A DNA stretch of 64,000 bases, from positions 186,001 to 250,000 of the forward strand of contig MU053216.1 of the NCBI GenBank assembly GCA_013239625.1, given 5' to 3'. Origin of the DNA: Lama guanicoe (lineage: Eukaryota). Every line of letters starts with the position of its first letter. Position 1 is the first letter of the stretch. This document shows positions 50,742 through 63,288 of this stretch, one piece after another. The notes under the pieces are model-generated. The model saw only the letters and a program-made list of their open reading frames with translations. It was not told the DNA's origin and did not search any database. The position numbers were made by a program, and so were the translations under genes.

Positions 50742-51708
50742 GAGCCCTGGCTGTGGGCTGAGACTTCCTTGGTAGAAGCCAGGAAAGACCCAGGTCACTC
50801 TGCTCTGCACCCTTCCTTGGTCTCCCTGCTCCTAGCCCTGCTCCCTCAGCCAGCCACCTGCTGGCTTCTGACACGTGGCCCCATGTGCTGGTGGGAGAGC
50901 GGGGAGCACGCAGTCGGTGCCCTGCAGGCCTGTCTGGCGACGCGGAGCATGGCCGCTGCAGCCACTGTGCACCTTCGTCTGCAGGCAGCGTGTCTGCGTC
51001 CGGTGCCTCTCCCAGGTCCCCCTTCCTGGGATCCGCCGGTCAGTGCTACCCCTGCATGCTTGCTGCACTGAGCATGTCACCCACAGGACAGAGCGCCTCG
51101 CTCGTGGGTGGGCCAGTGGCTCCTGCACTTTCCAGAGGAGGAAGTCCAGGGTAGGGACGCGTACCCTGGATGGATAGGAGGGGGTTCTGAGGGCCCAGGG
51201 GAGCTCAGGGGGTGTCACTGGCTATTCTTCCAGGTGGGGTCGTGTCCCTCTGTCTCACCTCCCCGTCCCCTGCCTGTGGCCACCCTCAGTCTGGTCGTCA
51301 GAAAACAGCTCCCCGCTGCCCCAGCAAGGCGGGCGATGTGACGGCCGTGCAGCCTTCCTCCCCGGGGGTTCAGTCGCCCCGTTCCTGCCCGTGTATGAAG
51401 AGCTGGAGTTGCAGTCCCCAGCTGCCCCTTCTCCTGCACATATCACTGTTTTTAAGCTCTGGGCTCAACAAGCTGCCTGCTGCCCTGCCACGTCCCCAGC
51501 ACCCACCTTGTCTCTGGTGGCCTCCTTCCCACCTGCCAGCACCGCCTGCTGTCCCTCTGCTGGGCCTCTTGGGTTGCCACCTGGACCCAGACTCAGCTCA
51601 CTGACCCCCAGCCAGCAGCGCGCCCCCACTCACGGGACGTGGGCCCCTCTGGACTCCAGCCCTCAGGGACTGCCCCCTCCTCACATCCCCTCATCCTACC
51701 CTGACCTC

Positions 51709-52506
51709 TGTCAGAAATCCAGACGTAAGAAAGTTTAAAGGACCAAATCGACAGACAGTGTTTCATAAGAGTTTATTGGGCGGCTGAGGGCAGTCTGTGA
51801 ACTGGGAGCTCACAGGGCGCCGCCCCAGGATGGGTTATCGAGAGCCAAGAGGAGCAGTTCACCCTTCGTGAAGGCTGATCGTCGCCATGAGGGTCATGTG
51901 AAGTTTTTGGCTTCCTGGTGTGAATAAGGTATGCTGACACCAGGCTGCAGCCTGTTCAGTGTGCAGTACCTCTGAAGAAACATACCTTAATTTAAAAATG
52001 CTATTTGCTGGAAAATGCCGGAACAGTCGCAGTAACATCAGAGACCACTGATCACAGACCGCCACAGCAAAGACAGCGAAGCATGTGATGCAGTGTGTAC
52101 GTGCGCATTAGGCACTGTATGTGTGTACAGCGCACGTGCAACACAATGCGATGATGAAAGCTGAACTACTGTGAGAATTACCAAAACGTGACACGGAGAC
52201 ACGAAGTGAGGAGATGCTGTTGGAGAAAGGTCGCCGAGAGGCTCGCTCGACACGGTTGCCGCCAACCTTGCGTCTGTAGGACGCACGGAGCCTGCGGAGT
52301 GCGGTAGGGCGAGCTGTGCCTGTCTCCTGCTGCGTCTGCGAAGATGGCTTACGCTCCCTTTGTGATCCTCAGAAGCATTCACAAAAAGCAACCTAAGTCT
52401 TGCTTTGTTCGTGAAATGAGCTAGATTTAATATTTATGTGGCTTAAACGGTTTTGTCTGCTCGGGGAATTCTCAGTCCGGTCTCTCTTTTGTGTTAAATT
52501 TGAACA
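51709..52506 (-). mobile_element. Solo ERV LTR (probably ERV1 class) interrupted by a Tigger1 derivative
   Basis: TG..CA ends (tgtcaga at 51709, tgaaca ending 52506), flanks CCTC/CCCC as a possible 4-bp TSD with 1 mismatch, AATAAA on the minus strand at 51772-51777; minus strand begins TGTTCAAATTTAAC..GAATTCCCCGAGCAGACAAAAC. Confidence 0.55.
51865..52322. mobile_element. Tigger1 internal-deletion derivative (TcMar-Tigger)
   Basis: acataccttaatttaaaaatgc..agtaacatcagagaccactgatcacaga..gagaattaccaaaacgtgacacggagacacgaagtgag..atgctgttgga..; TIR end gagctgtgcctg. Confidence 0.88.
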
Positions 52507-54359
52507 CCCCCAGGCCATTCCTGCAGGAATAGTGATGTTACAAAGAAAACGGCTGTGCCCCCACCAACAGGTCCGGTGGACAGGCTGCCCTGGGGGCTGG
52601 ATGGAGACATCGGGGATTCAGAGACTTGCAGGGCCGTACGGGGCCTGAAGTTCACCTAGGCCAGCGTGTGTCCCTCTCCAAGTCCTGCCTGCGACACCCC
52701 TGCCGGTGGTCTGGCCTCGGCTCGAGTAGCCCCGACGACGGGGCACTCGTTACTGCACAAAACCGGCATCCCGCCAGGACCTTTGCCCTGAGTCTGTGAG
52801 ATCAGGCGTCTGCCTCCAGCCCTCGCCGCTCCGCTGGGGAGAAGCAGAGGTGGCCAGGCTGCCCCGTGAGGAGCCGCAGCTGTGTCTGGGTCGAGTCCAG
52901 AGCCGGGGCCAGTCCGGGTCCGGGCAGTGTGGTGGGACCCTCCTTCCCTGTGACTTGGCTCGAAGAGCAGAGGGAGGTGCTGTTAGGAGAGACCGAGTTA
53001 GGCGCCCGGAGTGCGCATGACAGAAAGTTGGAGGCATGGAAGCGGCCTGGCTCCGCGCGTGGCCACGGCAAACGCCGCTTCCCAGTTCCCAGTTCCAGGG
53101 AGAGGTCTGACGGGCGCCTGCCCAGGAGTCTGGTGCCACTGTGGTTCAGCCCACCCTGGTGGCCCCATCCGGGGCTCCTGCTGGCTTGGAAGAGCCCTGG
53201 ACAGGGAGCCGGCCCCACTCCCCTACTCTGGGACCTCTCAGGGCTCTCGTGTCCCCGGCTGCTGCGGGTGTGCTGTGTGTGGACCCTTGCAGGTGACCTG
53301 GGGGCTGAGCTCTGCAGGGGGACAGCCGTGTGGGGCGGGTGCCCCACCCCTGGGTCAGAGTCACCAGCAGCAACACGGAGGGGATGGTCCTCTGCCCACC
53401 CCCTGCCCCCTCCTCTGGCTGGGCAGAGAGGCTGCAGCCCCATGGTCTCTACTCCCCACCAGGCCAGGGCCCTTCTTGTGCTGGGCAGTGGTGGGTGTGC
53501 AGCCATGCCTCAGCTCCGCGTGCCTAACCTGGCAGCCTCTTCTCCCTGCGCGCCCCAGCAGGTGGGGCCCCTGGAGCCAGGGGCGCCGTCCTGCTGTGCC
53601 CGCTGCGCCTCCCACGGTGCGGGCTGTGGGCGGTCCAGGCTTGTTCTCTGCTCGTCACCGGGCTGCCCTGCCGGTCTGTCTCCTGCCTGGCGCTGATTCG
53701 CCCCTTCCAAGGTCTCCCCCAACACCGGCTAGTTGTCTCCTCCAGGAAGCTGCCCCCAGGTGGTGCTCCCGGCGAGGTCTTTGTGCCTGTGCCCCACGGT
53801 CCCTCAGCAGGAGAGCCTCTCCTGCTCGGCTGGACCACCTGAGCCGGGGACAGGGGGCACTCCCCACGGCACCTGGCTCCCGAGCTCAGTGGTGCTGCCT
53901 CCTGGGTTTGGAGCCACACGGGGCTCCAAGTAGGGAATTTCCCCTCACCCTCCCCTCCTCCAGCCCGTTGGCGCTCTGAGGACGCGTCTGCCCCTCCTGG
54001 TCTGACTGCCCACGTCTGCTCTGGCCCTCAGGTCAGGCAGGAGAAAGCCGGCTTCTTCAGGGAAGATGCTGTGTCCCCAGGACTCACACGACCCACTTCA
54101 GTTTCCAGAGACTGCTCGCTGCCAGGGGTGTTGGCGGCAGTGGCATCTCTGAAGGGCGAGTGGCACGTCTTCTCCCCAGGGCCCGCCTGGCAGTGGGAGG
54201 AAGGAGAGCACTTGGAAACAGAGGCACAGACTGCTTGCTCCTCGCTGACCACCCCCCTCACTGAGGGCGGACTGGTCCCAGCTCTGGGCTCGGCCCCAGT
54301 GACACTTTGCCCCTGGAGGTTGCCGCTCTGTCCATCCCACAGGGAAGGGGAGCTGCATG

Positions 54360-54465
54360 CGATGTGAGCGAGTGACTTCCACACCTGCTCAGCCTCAGTT
54401 TCCTCGTCTGTAAAGTGGGCACAACAGCACCTTCCTCATGGGGCTGAGTGTGGAGGGAGATGCCT
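54360..54465 (+). mobile_element. MIR fragment
   Basis: gcctcagtttcctcgtctgtaaagtggg..caccttcctcatgggg. Confidence 0.8.
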
Positions 54466-55673
54466 TCACAGGACCCTCCCCTGCACCCATGCCCTTCCTC
54501 AGCCCAGGGTCCCCAGGACGTCCCCCACAATAAACCCGCTGGCTGGGGAAGCCCGGGCTGGGGGCTAGAGGTCAGGGTCCGAGCTCACAGGGAGGCCATG
54601 GCTCCTCCTGTGTGCACTGGAAGAATCCGTGTGCTGTGCATCCACCAGGGCCTGAGTCTGTTCGTCCCCTGGGAGCTGCTGGAAGCTGGGCTGAGTGTCC
54701 TTCATCTGCGGCCCCGCCACAGCAGGGGGCTTGCACAGGACCTGGAGGGAAGTGAGGGTGAGGAACAGGTGAGGGGGTTTTAAACAGTCGGATGTCCAGG
54801 GGTTACTCTCGAGGTTGGATGGGCGGACGCCTGCTGCCCTCAGTAATCAGGGAAGTGGTCTGCACGCCCTTCCTGACCTCAGGAGGTCTGATCTGCCCCA
54901 GACCCCAGGCCTCCTGTCCAGACCATGACTGCTCGGGCGCTGGGGTGCGTGAACATGGCCTCGATGGGTGTGCCTCCTGCTTCAGGGTCTCCCTCCTGCC
55001 CCCTGAAGGGGTGCTTGGTGGGCAGGATCATGGTTGCCAGAGGGGAGGGGGCAGCGCCCAGTGGACCCCACCTTCTCAGTGACCTGCTGCCCAGACCAGC
55101 AGCTGCACTGCTCCTGGGGGGCTTCAGGGCCACTGAGCTGAGCCGCTCACCGGCAGCTGTGACCCAGGCAGAGGTGACTGGTCTCTGAGAGGAGTGGGCA
55201 GAGTAGGGTGGGGAGGCAGGGCCTGGACGGGCTGGGCTGAGCCGTGGTCGGCATCTGTCGGCCTGGCTCTGGGTCATGAGATCTGACTGCATGCAGTCTG
55301 TGTGACCCAGGAGAACCAAGGACAGGAGATGTGCTTGCACTGGGGACCTCTGCAGCCCATGCACGTGTGGCTGGCCCCCAGCCTGCCCTGGGGGACAGGC
55401 ACTTGCCCTGCTGGTGCTCAGAGGCCAACTCGGGACAGGTCAGATTCAGGCATTTCCATCACTGCCCCCTACAAACCAGGCTGCTCACAGGGGTCACGGT
55501 TTCGGAGCCAAGGGGCAGAGCTGCTTTGTGGAGGGTCGGGAAAGGGTCCAGTCTCAGGCCACCTGGGGTGGCAGAGTCCCCCTCGTCCAAGGGACCCACC
55601 AGAGGTAACAGTGATGCCCGGGGCAGCTGGCGGCCCAAGGCTGGCCCAGCTCCAGGCTTTGTGATTATGAGGT

Positions 55674-55715
55674 GACCCCTGGATCCCCCAGGACAAGGAC
55701 CCCTGGATCCCCCAG
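55674..55715. repeat. Short tandem duplication, 24-bp period
   Basis: gacccctggatcccccag at 55674 and 55698. Confidence 0.9.
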
Positions 55716-58700
55716 ACTCCGTCCCCAGGGCATCTCGCATTCCCATGGGTGGCAGGCACTGCAGGTGTGTTGCACACTCAGGGGTGGTGTCACACACTTG
55801 CCTTTCTGGTGCCCCTCCCTGGGTCCCTCAGGGTGGCCCTTGCCTGGCTCAGCTGGGCCTGAGATGCGGGGCTGGCCCTTCCCTCCTGCCGCTGACCCCC
55901 AGGCCCTGTACTGATGGGCCTCCCTGGGCCTCCACCTCTGTGTGGCCACCTCCTGTCCCTCTTGTCCCTGTGAGCGCTGACCCTGCAGGGCCACCAGCTG
56001 GGCTGGGGTCCTGCTGTGTGTGGAGTGTGTAAGGGGGTCCTGACACAGAGGGGCCCCCTGCCGCCACTAATCTCCATTCGGGGCCCTGGGGCTGGAACCA
56101 GGGATCTGTGCCTCCAGCCGTCTGCTCAGAGACCCCAGGATACCTGTCACCCTGAAGCCCCCTCCTGCCTCCACATAGATGCACCGCACACACACCACAC
56201 ACATCACACACACTCTCACGCTCACATTAAAAGCCCTTGCTCTCGACCCAGACCCCTGCCCCTGGCCACTCCCTCTCTGGGGTTATGCTCAGCAGAGCTC
56301 ATGTGTTCACAGCTGTAATGTTTAGTCAGGAAAAAGATTGCCTCAGTTTCTAATGGTTTTGCCCAAAAATGCAGCTGTGCGTCTGGGGGGAAGGGTGGCG
56401 GGGCTGGTGGTCTCTCACGTTCAGAGCAGTGTCCGCACTGGGAGTCACTGCTCCGCCTCAGGTCCCGTCCCACCAGAGCCTCCCGGCCGTGGAGCAGGTC
56501 TCGAGCGGACCTGGCAGACCAGTTGCGCCAACACTCACGGCACAAACTCAGGCCCTGGGCCCCCCGGCACGTCAGGGACTGAGCCCCAGGCCCAGCTGTA
56601 CAGCCCGCTCTTCCCATAACCTGCGCTAGGTAGCCTGCGGCTGTGGTCCCCAGCGTCCCTCACCCCCTTGGCCGTCCATTTGGGTCTCTACCTGCCCACC
56701 CTGCTCCCCGACCCTGGGTCCTGGGGGTGCCTGTAGACTGGGAGATGTTGTGGGGTGCCGGGCAGGTGTTTGAGGTGAACTGGGAGAAGGGGGTGGGCTC
56801 CGCCGTCCTGGGTCAGGGCTGGCCCTGCTGGGATGCGGCAGGCTTGCTAGGGATGGAGGGGTCCGAGGGGCAGCTCAGTTACTGGTGTGTCCTTTGTCAC
56901 TTCCCAAACAAGAGCTTTGGGCCACGTTGTCTGTGGGTTCCCTAAACCCTTGTCCCCAGAGTTTTATCTGTCTGTGATTTAGGAATCCCATGCCCAGGGT
57001 CTGGGTCCGAGGAGAACAGGTGCTCGGGGCTGCAGGGGCCCCAGCCTCGCCTGGAGCGCTCTCCTCTGACCCTCCTTGCTCCGGTGGACAGGACGGGATG
57101 TGGGGGGGGAGGCTTGAGGAGGCTGCGACGCTGGCCTTAGTCACACGGCAGTTAGGGGATAGAGGGGCTGCAGGACGGAGGCCTGGGGTTTGGGGACCTT
57201 ACTCTGGATGCAGGGAAGGTGCACACACGTCATTGCAGCAGGAGAGACCAAAGTGAGACACTGGGGTGGACTTCCCAGGGGTCAGGGGCGGGTGGCCTCC
57301 AGGACTAGTCCCTTTGCTGCTATGTGGTGTGGGGAGATGGCCTCACTCCTGGGACAGGTGCCCACAAGGAACTTACAGAAATGAGCCATTTATTTTCAAA
57401 ACGAGCTAGAAAATTGATTCATTAAACTTTATCCTCTGCCTTCCAGGACCAGATGCTGGACTGGGCATGCAAAAAATAAAGACACAAATTTATCTTCACG
57501 GGTTGATCTCTGTTAGCCACCTGCTCCTGTGGGAGGCATCGTGCTGGCTACCCTGTTTGCTTCTCATAATTTCGGCAAAGATCCAGCATCCAGTTAGGTC
57601 TCCACTGTCTGCGTAGCCAAGGCCGGAGCGGGGCGATCTGCAGAGGCCCCCAGTACCCAGACCGTGGCTCCCTGGTTGGGGGGCAGTCGGTGGGCACGTG
57701 GAGGGCTGTGTGGGCACCTGGCTTCTGGCGGGGGTGGGGGGCGGGGGCTGGAGGCTGAGACCCTGCAGATTTAGGCTGAGTCTTCCTGCTGAGCCGTGGG
57801 GACTGGCTTGTCACTGTCTGAGGGAAACCGGCCTCATCTCCGCAGGGGCAGTGCCAGACCTCCATCCAGCAGGACTCGGTGAGGACAGGTTCCATGGTTA
57901 GACCTGCGGGCTGGCCGTCCTCTCCTGCGGCCTTTGGTGAGGGCGAGGTGGAGGGCGTAGTCCAGGCCCGTGGGGCCTTGAGGCTCATTTTATTTCCAGC
58001 AACTGGCCTTGGACTCTCCATCCTCTGGCCAGTCTTTCTTGGAGCCTCGTTTTGCAAAGTGCGGCCCTGACCACCTGCACCAGCATGGGCAGGCCCCCTT
58101 CCCGGACTCTGCGGGCTTTGAGGATGGACAGGCAGCCGTGCTGTTGTCTTAACAAGCACCCCGTCAGCTCTTGGCCCCACCTTGTATTTGCTCCCCAGGC
58201 CCTCCCTCACTCCCGCCTGCGACCCTGCTGCCTCTCGGTGCCGTCCACAATTCCCTGCTTGGACGGCTGTGACCCTAGTGAGGAGAACACTGCCCTGGGA
58301 ACCCTGGTTTCTTCCTCATCCTCAGCCCTGCCAGTCGGCAGCTGCCCCAGACTGCAACCTGCGCCCCCAGGGAGGCTGGGCAGCTCTCAGCCCTTGAGGA
58401 CTAGGCTTCTCCTCTGGCCGTTCCGGCCTCTGTCTCTGCTCAGACGCAGGAACTCCGCCCCTGGTGTGGGAAGGAACCCTGGAGACAGGAGGCAGCATGT
58501 GCTGTGCGGCCATGGACAGGTTGCTCCACCTCTCTGGGCCCCCTCTTCCTGCAGGAGTCTTGAGACCTGGTGTTGCATCTTTGGCATCTGTCTCCTTAGC
58601 TTCTAGTGGGAGAGGTGGCCTCTCCAGGGAGGGACTCTGAGGTTTGGCTTTTTGCCAGGGCACACGTGCTGTAGGAAGGTTCTTTGAGCTCACAGCAGCC

Positions 58701-59197
58701 ACCACTGGGCAAGGTCTGACCATTTAGCTCCACGGAGGGCTGGCCTTGGAGGCACCTGGAGGCAGAGAGGCCTTGGGCTGCGCCTGTCTTCTCACGGTCT
58801 TAACTTCAGCTCCAGAAGAGACGCAGGCTGGGTGACGGTGGTCGAGCCACGTTGGAGGGAGAGTCAGCCTCGCAGATGGGGAGCTCGTCCCGGTGGTTGG
58901 GACGGGCATCGCCTCAGTCCCAGGGTCCACTCCAGGTCGAGGAAGCCAGGCCCCGTGTGCCATTAAAGGTCTAAGGTCCCCAAAGTCAGATGCCGCCCCT
59001 AAGTGGTGAGGGACCTCGAGGCCTGCTGGCCCGGCCCACAAGGAGGCCGAGGAGGGTGGGGCAGCATGCACCCTCCCCGGGGGTCCTGCTCGCCCTGGGT
59101 GGGCCTAGAAGGACACTTCTTGTCCTCTGCGACCTGAGGGTCTGTCCTCCCCTCCATTTTCTCCTTCACACAAGCTGGACTGTGAGACACAGCCAGA

Positions 59198-59404
59198 GCG
59201 GGGTGGCAGAGTTTCAGTCTAAGGATCGGAGAGTAAATATTCAGGCTCTGCGGCCGCACAGCCGGGGCGGCAACTGCTCACCTCTGTGGCCGCATGAAAG
59301 CAGCCGGAGAGGATGTGTGCTGGTGTGTGTGCTGTGTTCCAACAATGTTTATTCACCAAGTCGGAGGGTCTGGACTTGGTGAGTGGGTCACAGGTTACCA
59401 CCTG
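59198..59404. mobile_element. MER58A-type hAT-Charlie MITE
   Basis: agagtaaatattcaggctctgcggcc..gcaactgctcacctctg..gaaagcagcc..gctgtgttccaacaatgtttattcac. Confidence 0.85.
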
Positions 59405-59484
59405 GGGGGGACCTGGGCCGCAGGGACAAAGTGGATGCAGCCTCTGCTCCAGGGACGAGATGGTGAGTGGGAAGCGCGAGGCCG

Positions 59485-60080
59485 GGGCGAGGCCAGGCAG
59501 GCTTCCCTGAGGAGGTGTCATCTGAGCTGAGCTGAGAGAGGCATTAACTCAGCGAGGCGGAGGGGGGCACAGCGTATGCAAAGGCCCCAAAGGGGGGCAT
59601 TAAAAGGAATAAAAGGTGTGTGTGGCTGGCATGAGAGACCCAGGGGACAGGAGGATGAGATGCCGCTGGACTCAGCAGGGGCTCGATGGTCATGTGTGGG
59701 GTGGCTCCTGTCCCTGGATGGTGTCAGGTGGTGACGTGATCAGATTGCTTCGGGCTCGTGCAGAACTGACAGGGCAGCGCGAGGGCGTCAAGGGGTCGGC
59801 AGGACCTCTGGGCCAGGGTGTGGAGGAGTTCACCCGGGGCCACCGAGGCCGAGAAGGCCGAATCATGTGGAAACCAGAGCGTGGTACCCAAGGGGAAGGC
59901 AGGTGCAGTCGAGTGACCATCACAGGCGGTTCAGTGCGACTCGTGGTCACTGGTGTGTGACCTCACAGAGCTGAGTGTCGGGGTGAGGGGCAGGCCCCTG
60001 TGGTTTTGGTGGCATCTTAAACAGGAAAGGTGCAGGGAGGGGAGGGGATGTTGAATTGAGAAAGAACAGGCCAGGGGCCC
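59485..60080 (-). mobile_element. L2 fragments
   Basis: aggcttccctgaggaggtgtcatctgagctgag..cagcgtatgcaaaggccc..gtgacgtgatcagatt. Confidence 0.7.
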
Positions 60081-61429
60081 CCGTCAAACAGGGAAGGACC
60101 TCTGGGGGACAGGAGGGCGGGGAGGGGTCTGTGGTCCCACCTGGGGTGGGAGCGTTGGCAAGGTTCCTCCAGGGCTTCTGGGAGCAGCAGGCAGGGTGTG
60201 GGGAGCACATCTGCAGGGAGGGAGGCAGAGGGGCCGCAGGGGGATTAAAGCTTCCGTGCAGCGTTGAGGGCCCGGTCTCAGGGCACTGGGAGCCGTGTCT
60301 CAGGCGCTCGGGCCGCGATAACCGGCACCACGGGCCAGGCGACGTTTCCCTGTGCTCTGGAGGCTGGGCACCGAGGTCGAGGTGCCGGGGTCCCCTCAGC
60401 ACGGCCCTCCCCCCGCGACAGACGTGCCCTCGTGGGAAGGAACAAGCTCTCGGCCTCTTCTGAGCGCTAAGCCCACCCGTGGGGGCTCCGTCTCGGGGCC
60501 TGGTCACCCTGGAGGCCTGCTCCGCATACCACCGCTCTGAGCGTGAGATTCGACACGTGAACTGGGGGCACATTCAGTCCGGGCGAGGAGACTTCTCCAG
60601 GGCCGGTGTCTCCCCAGGTGAGTGTCACAGACGGGGACGCGGGGACCGGCGGGAGTCACTGGTGTGACAGGGCCTGGTGAGAAGTAGCCCGAGGTCTGCT
60701 GGTCCCTCAGAGGCCAGGGGTGTTTCTGAGGGGAGTGCTGGGCTGGAGGGGAGTAGGAGCGACGGCCGGAGGCTGCCCGGTGAGTCTGTGGCTGGCGGGG
60801 CAGGACTGCAGGGCTGGGGGCAGAGGTGACGGGAGATGCCGCGGGGCGCCGAGGGCCCAGGCCAGCAGGGATGCCATTCTAAGTGTGACGCGAAGCCGCT
60901 GGAGGGCGGCAGTGTGGAGGGTGGACGGGGTTGGGGGGGCTTCCGGGTACGTGGCTGTTGTGGGCCTGCAGGTGGCGACAGGGGAGGGCTGACTTTGGAC
61001 ATGTTGTGATGGGGCTGGGGGTCTGCAGGTGGCCTACAGTTTGGGGGTGAAGGCAGGAGGGAAGCTGGGAGACCCCAAGGCTCTTGTCGGAGCAGCTGGT
61101 GCCACCTGTGGGCCATGATCCGAGCAGGTGGGCCTGGGTCCACCCTGTCCACTCTGGCCCCCTACCCTGTACTTGCTTTAGCAATTGCCACCTTCCTAGA
61201 CAGTCGTTACTCCTTTGTAATCTGTCCTCATGTTTTTGTGGGAGGTGGAGTTAAAGGGGCACAGGCTGGAGGCCCTGGAAGTCCATGCGGGCCCGGCTCC
61301 CTCTCCTGGTGTCTGCCACGGTGACCCCCAGGAACGTGGCCTTGTCTTTTGTAAGAACCTAAGGATGTCCTGACACTCATCTTTGGCTGTTTTTTGACTG
61401 CTTCCCCCTTCCTTCTCAGCCTCTTTTAC

Positions 61430-61870
61430 TCGCTACAGAAGTGAAATTTCCAAATATAAACTTGTAGAGGTGCCCACATCCTTAAAGCCCCCTGACAGCA
61501 TTTCCTACTTTCTGGGTAAAGACAAAACTCCTTGCTGTGGCCGTGAAGGGGCGGTCCTGCTGCCCCACCTCCGCCTGCGCTCCCTCCACTCTGGCTGCGT
61601 TGATCTCTTCCGGGCCCTGGGTCCCCCATGCTGCTCCCACCCCTGGGCCTTTGCACATGCGGATGGTGCCTCTCCCGCCTGGACACCTTGCCTCCTCCTT
61701 CGGGCCCGTCAGCCACTGGGTCCTCAGGAGCGTGTCCTCACTCTCCCAAGTGAGGTGGAGTTCAGCCCGGCAAGCACCTCTCCTTTGTGCGTCTGTCACA
61801 GTCACACATCATCTCTGTGCAGGTGTTTGACGTCCACGTTATCATAGGTCCCACAGGGAAGCAACATAGT
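61430..61870 (+). mobile_element. L2 fragment
   Basis: ccttaaagccccctgacagcatttcc..taaagacaaaactcctt..ctcccacccctgggcctttgcacatgc. Confidence 0.75.
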
Positions 61871-61997
61871 TCAGCAGTATTTCCTGGACAATAGAGTAGC
61901 TCCCTGTTGTCTTCTCTGCCCGCCTCCTGCACTCTGACCCTGCCTGGTCCAGGTTGGCTCGGGCTGGTCTGTGAACTGGCCCCTCGTGGCGCCCACT

Positions 61998-62058
61998 TCC
62001 CGGCCTCCACTCCCTGCGGACCTCCCGGCCTCCGCTCCCTGCGGACCTCCCGGCCTCC
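61998..62058. repeat. 25-bp tandem repeat, ~2.4 copies
   Basis: Unit tcccggcctccRctccctgcggacc at 61998 and 62023, partial copy at 62048. Confidence 0.9.
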
Positions 62059-62689
62059 TTGAACAGACCAGCCTCTCCTCCACTGGAAACCTCTGCGGTC
62101 CCTGCTGGGGAGTCAGTCCAAGCCCCTTTCCTTGGACTTCAGGGCCCCTTGGACGCGGGCCCCCAGCTGGTGTCCTGGGCATGGGGGCCCGTCAGCACCG
62201 CGTCCTCGTTGGTTCTTCTTCTTTGGTGACTTGCTCATCCTGGGGCTTGGACGGTTGGCTCCTTGAGAGAAGGTGTGGCCTTCGCTGCACCTGGGTTGCT
62301 TGCAAGGCAGTCCAGGCTCCTCGATTCTGATCCGACCAGGTTACTGAGTGTCTCCTCCGTATCAGACACAGTCAGATTTACTCTGAACTTTCACAGCAGT
62401 TTTGAGAAGTAGGTATTATTTTCTGAGATTTTTATATGAGGGGGTTGAATTTGAGAGAGATTTGTTTGGAGTCCTCTGGCAGCAGTGGGGTCCCTGGGAT
62501 CACAGCAGGAGCTCCCTGCCTGGCTGCCTCTGGTGGTGTGTGTGTCGGGGGGGGGCAGGGCACCAGGTGGGGCTGTGGCCTTGGCCGTTGGGGTGGGATA
62601 GGCTGATGGCATCTGCAGGAAGCTTGCATTCCACTTGGTGGGGAAGGACTGGGCGTGCTCCCCGAGGTCGGGGCAAAGTCAAGAGCCCC

Positions 62690-63288
62690 TCTCACGACTC
62701 CCACTGCACGCTGTGCGGGGGTCTCGCCAGGGCAGCTGAGGAAGAAAAAGGAACAAAAGGCATCTGGACAGAAAGAAAGGTGTGAAACTCTCTCCCTTTG
62801 CCTGATCTTGTCAATGGAAAGTTGTGNNNNNNNNNNNNNNNNNNNNNNNNNNNNNNNNNNNNNNNNNNNNNNNNNNNNNNNNNNNNNNNNNNNNNNNNNN
62901 NNNNNNNNNNNNNNNNNNNNNNNNNNNNNNNNNNNNNNNNNNNNNNNNNNNNNNNNNNNNNNNNNNNNNNNNNNNNNNNNNNNNNNNNNNNNNNNNNNNN
63001 NNNNNNNNNNNNNNNNNNNNNNNNNNNNNNNNNNNNNNNNNNNNNNNNNNNNNNNNNNNNNNNNNNNNNNNNNNNNNNNNNNNNNNNNNNNNNNNNNNNN
63101 NNNNNNNNNNNNNNNNNNNNNNNNNNNNNNNGCCAGCTCAGCATGTGGCAGGACATGGGGTCAATACACAGAAATGGGCTGAATTTGCACCTGTTAGCAA
63201 TGAACAATCTAAAAACGAAATTAAAGCAATTCTGTTTACAGCAGCATCAAGGAGAATCAAATATCTAGAAATAAATTTAACAAAAGTG
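62690..63288 (+). mobile_element. L1 ORF2 reverse-transcriptase relic spanning the assembly gap
   Basis: Before the gap: gaggaagaaaaaggaacaaaaggcatc..gtgaaactctctccctttgc (RQEKEIKGI..VKLSLFA; the DD codons appear deleted). After the gap: [36 protein letters not shown], resembling L1 VAGYKINxQK..NEQxExEIK..FTIASKRIKYLGINLTK. Confidence 0.92.
62827..63131. other. Assembly gap (305 N)
   Basis: N run seen directly. Confidence 1.

Noticed and set aside
52802-53979. ORFs of 234-322 aa, and similar ORFs at 19681, 22380 and 30924
   Set aside because: Several open frames overlap in GC-rich intronic DNA, with no protein family resemblance or exon structure
62655-63268. ORFs spanning X residues
   Set aside because: Artefacts of the N gap
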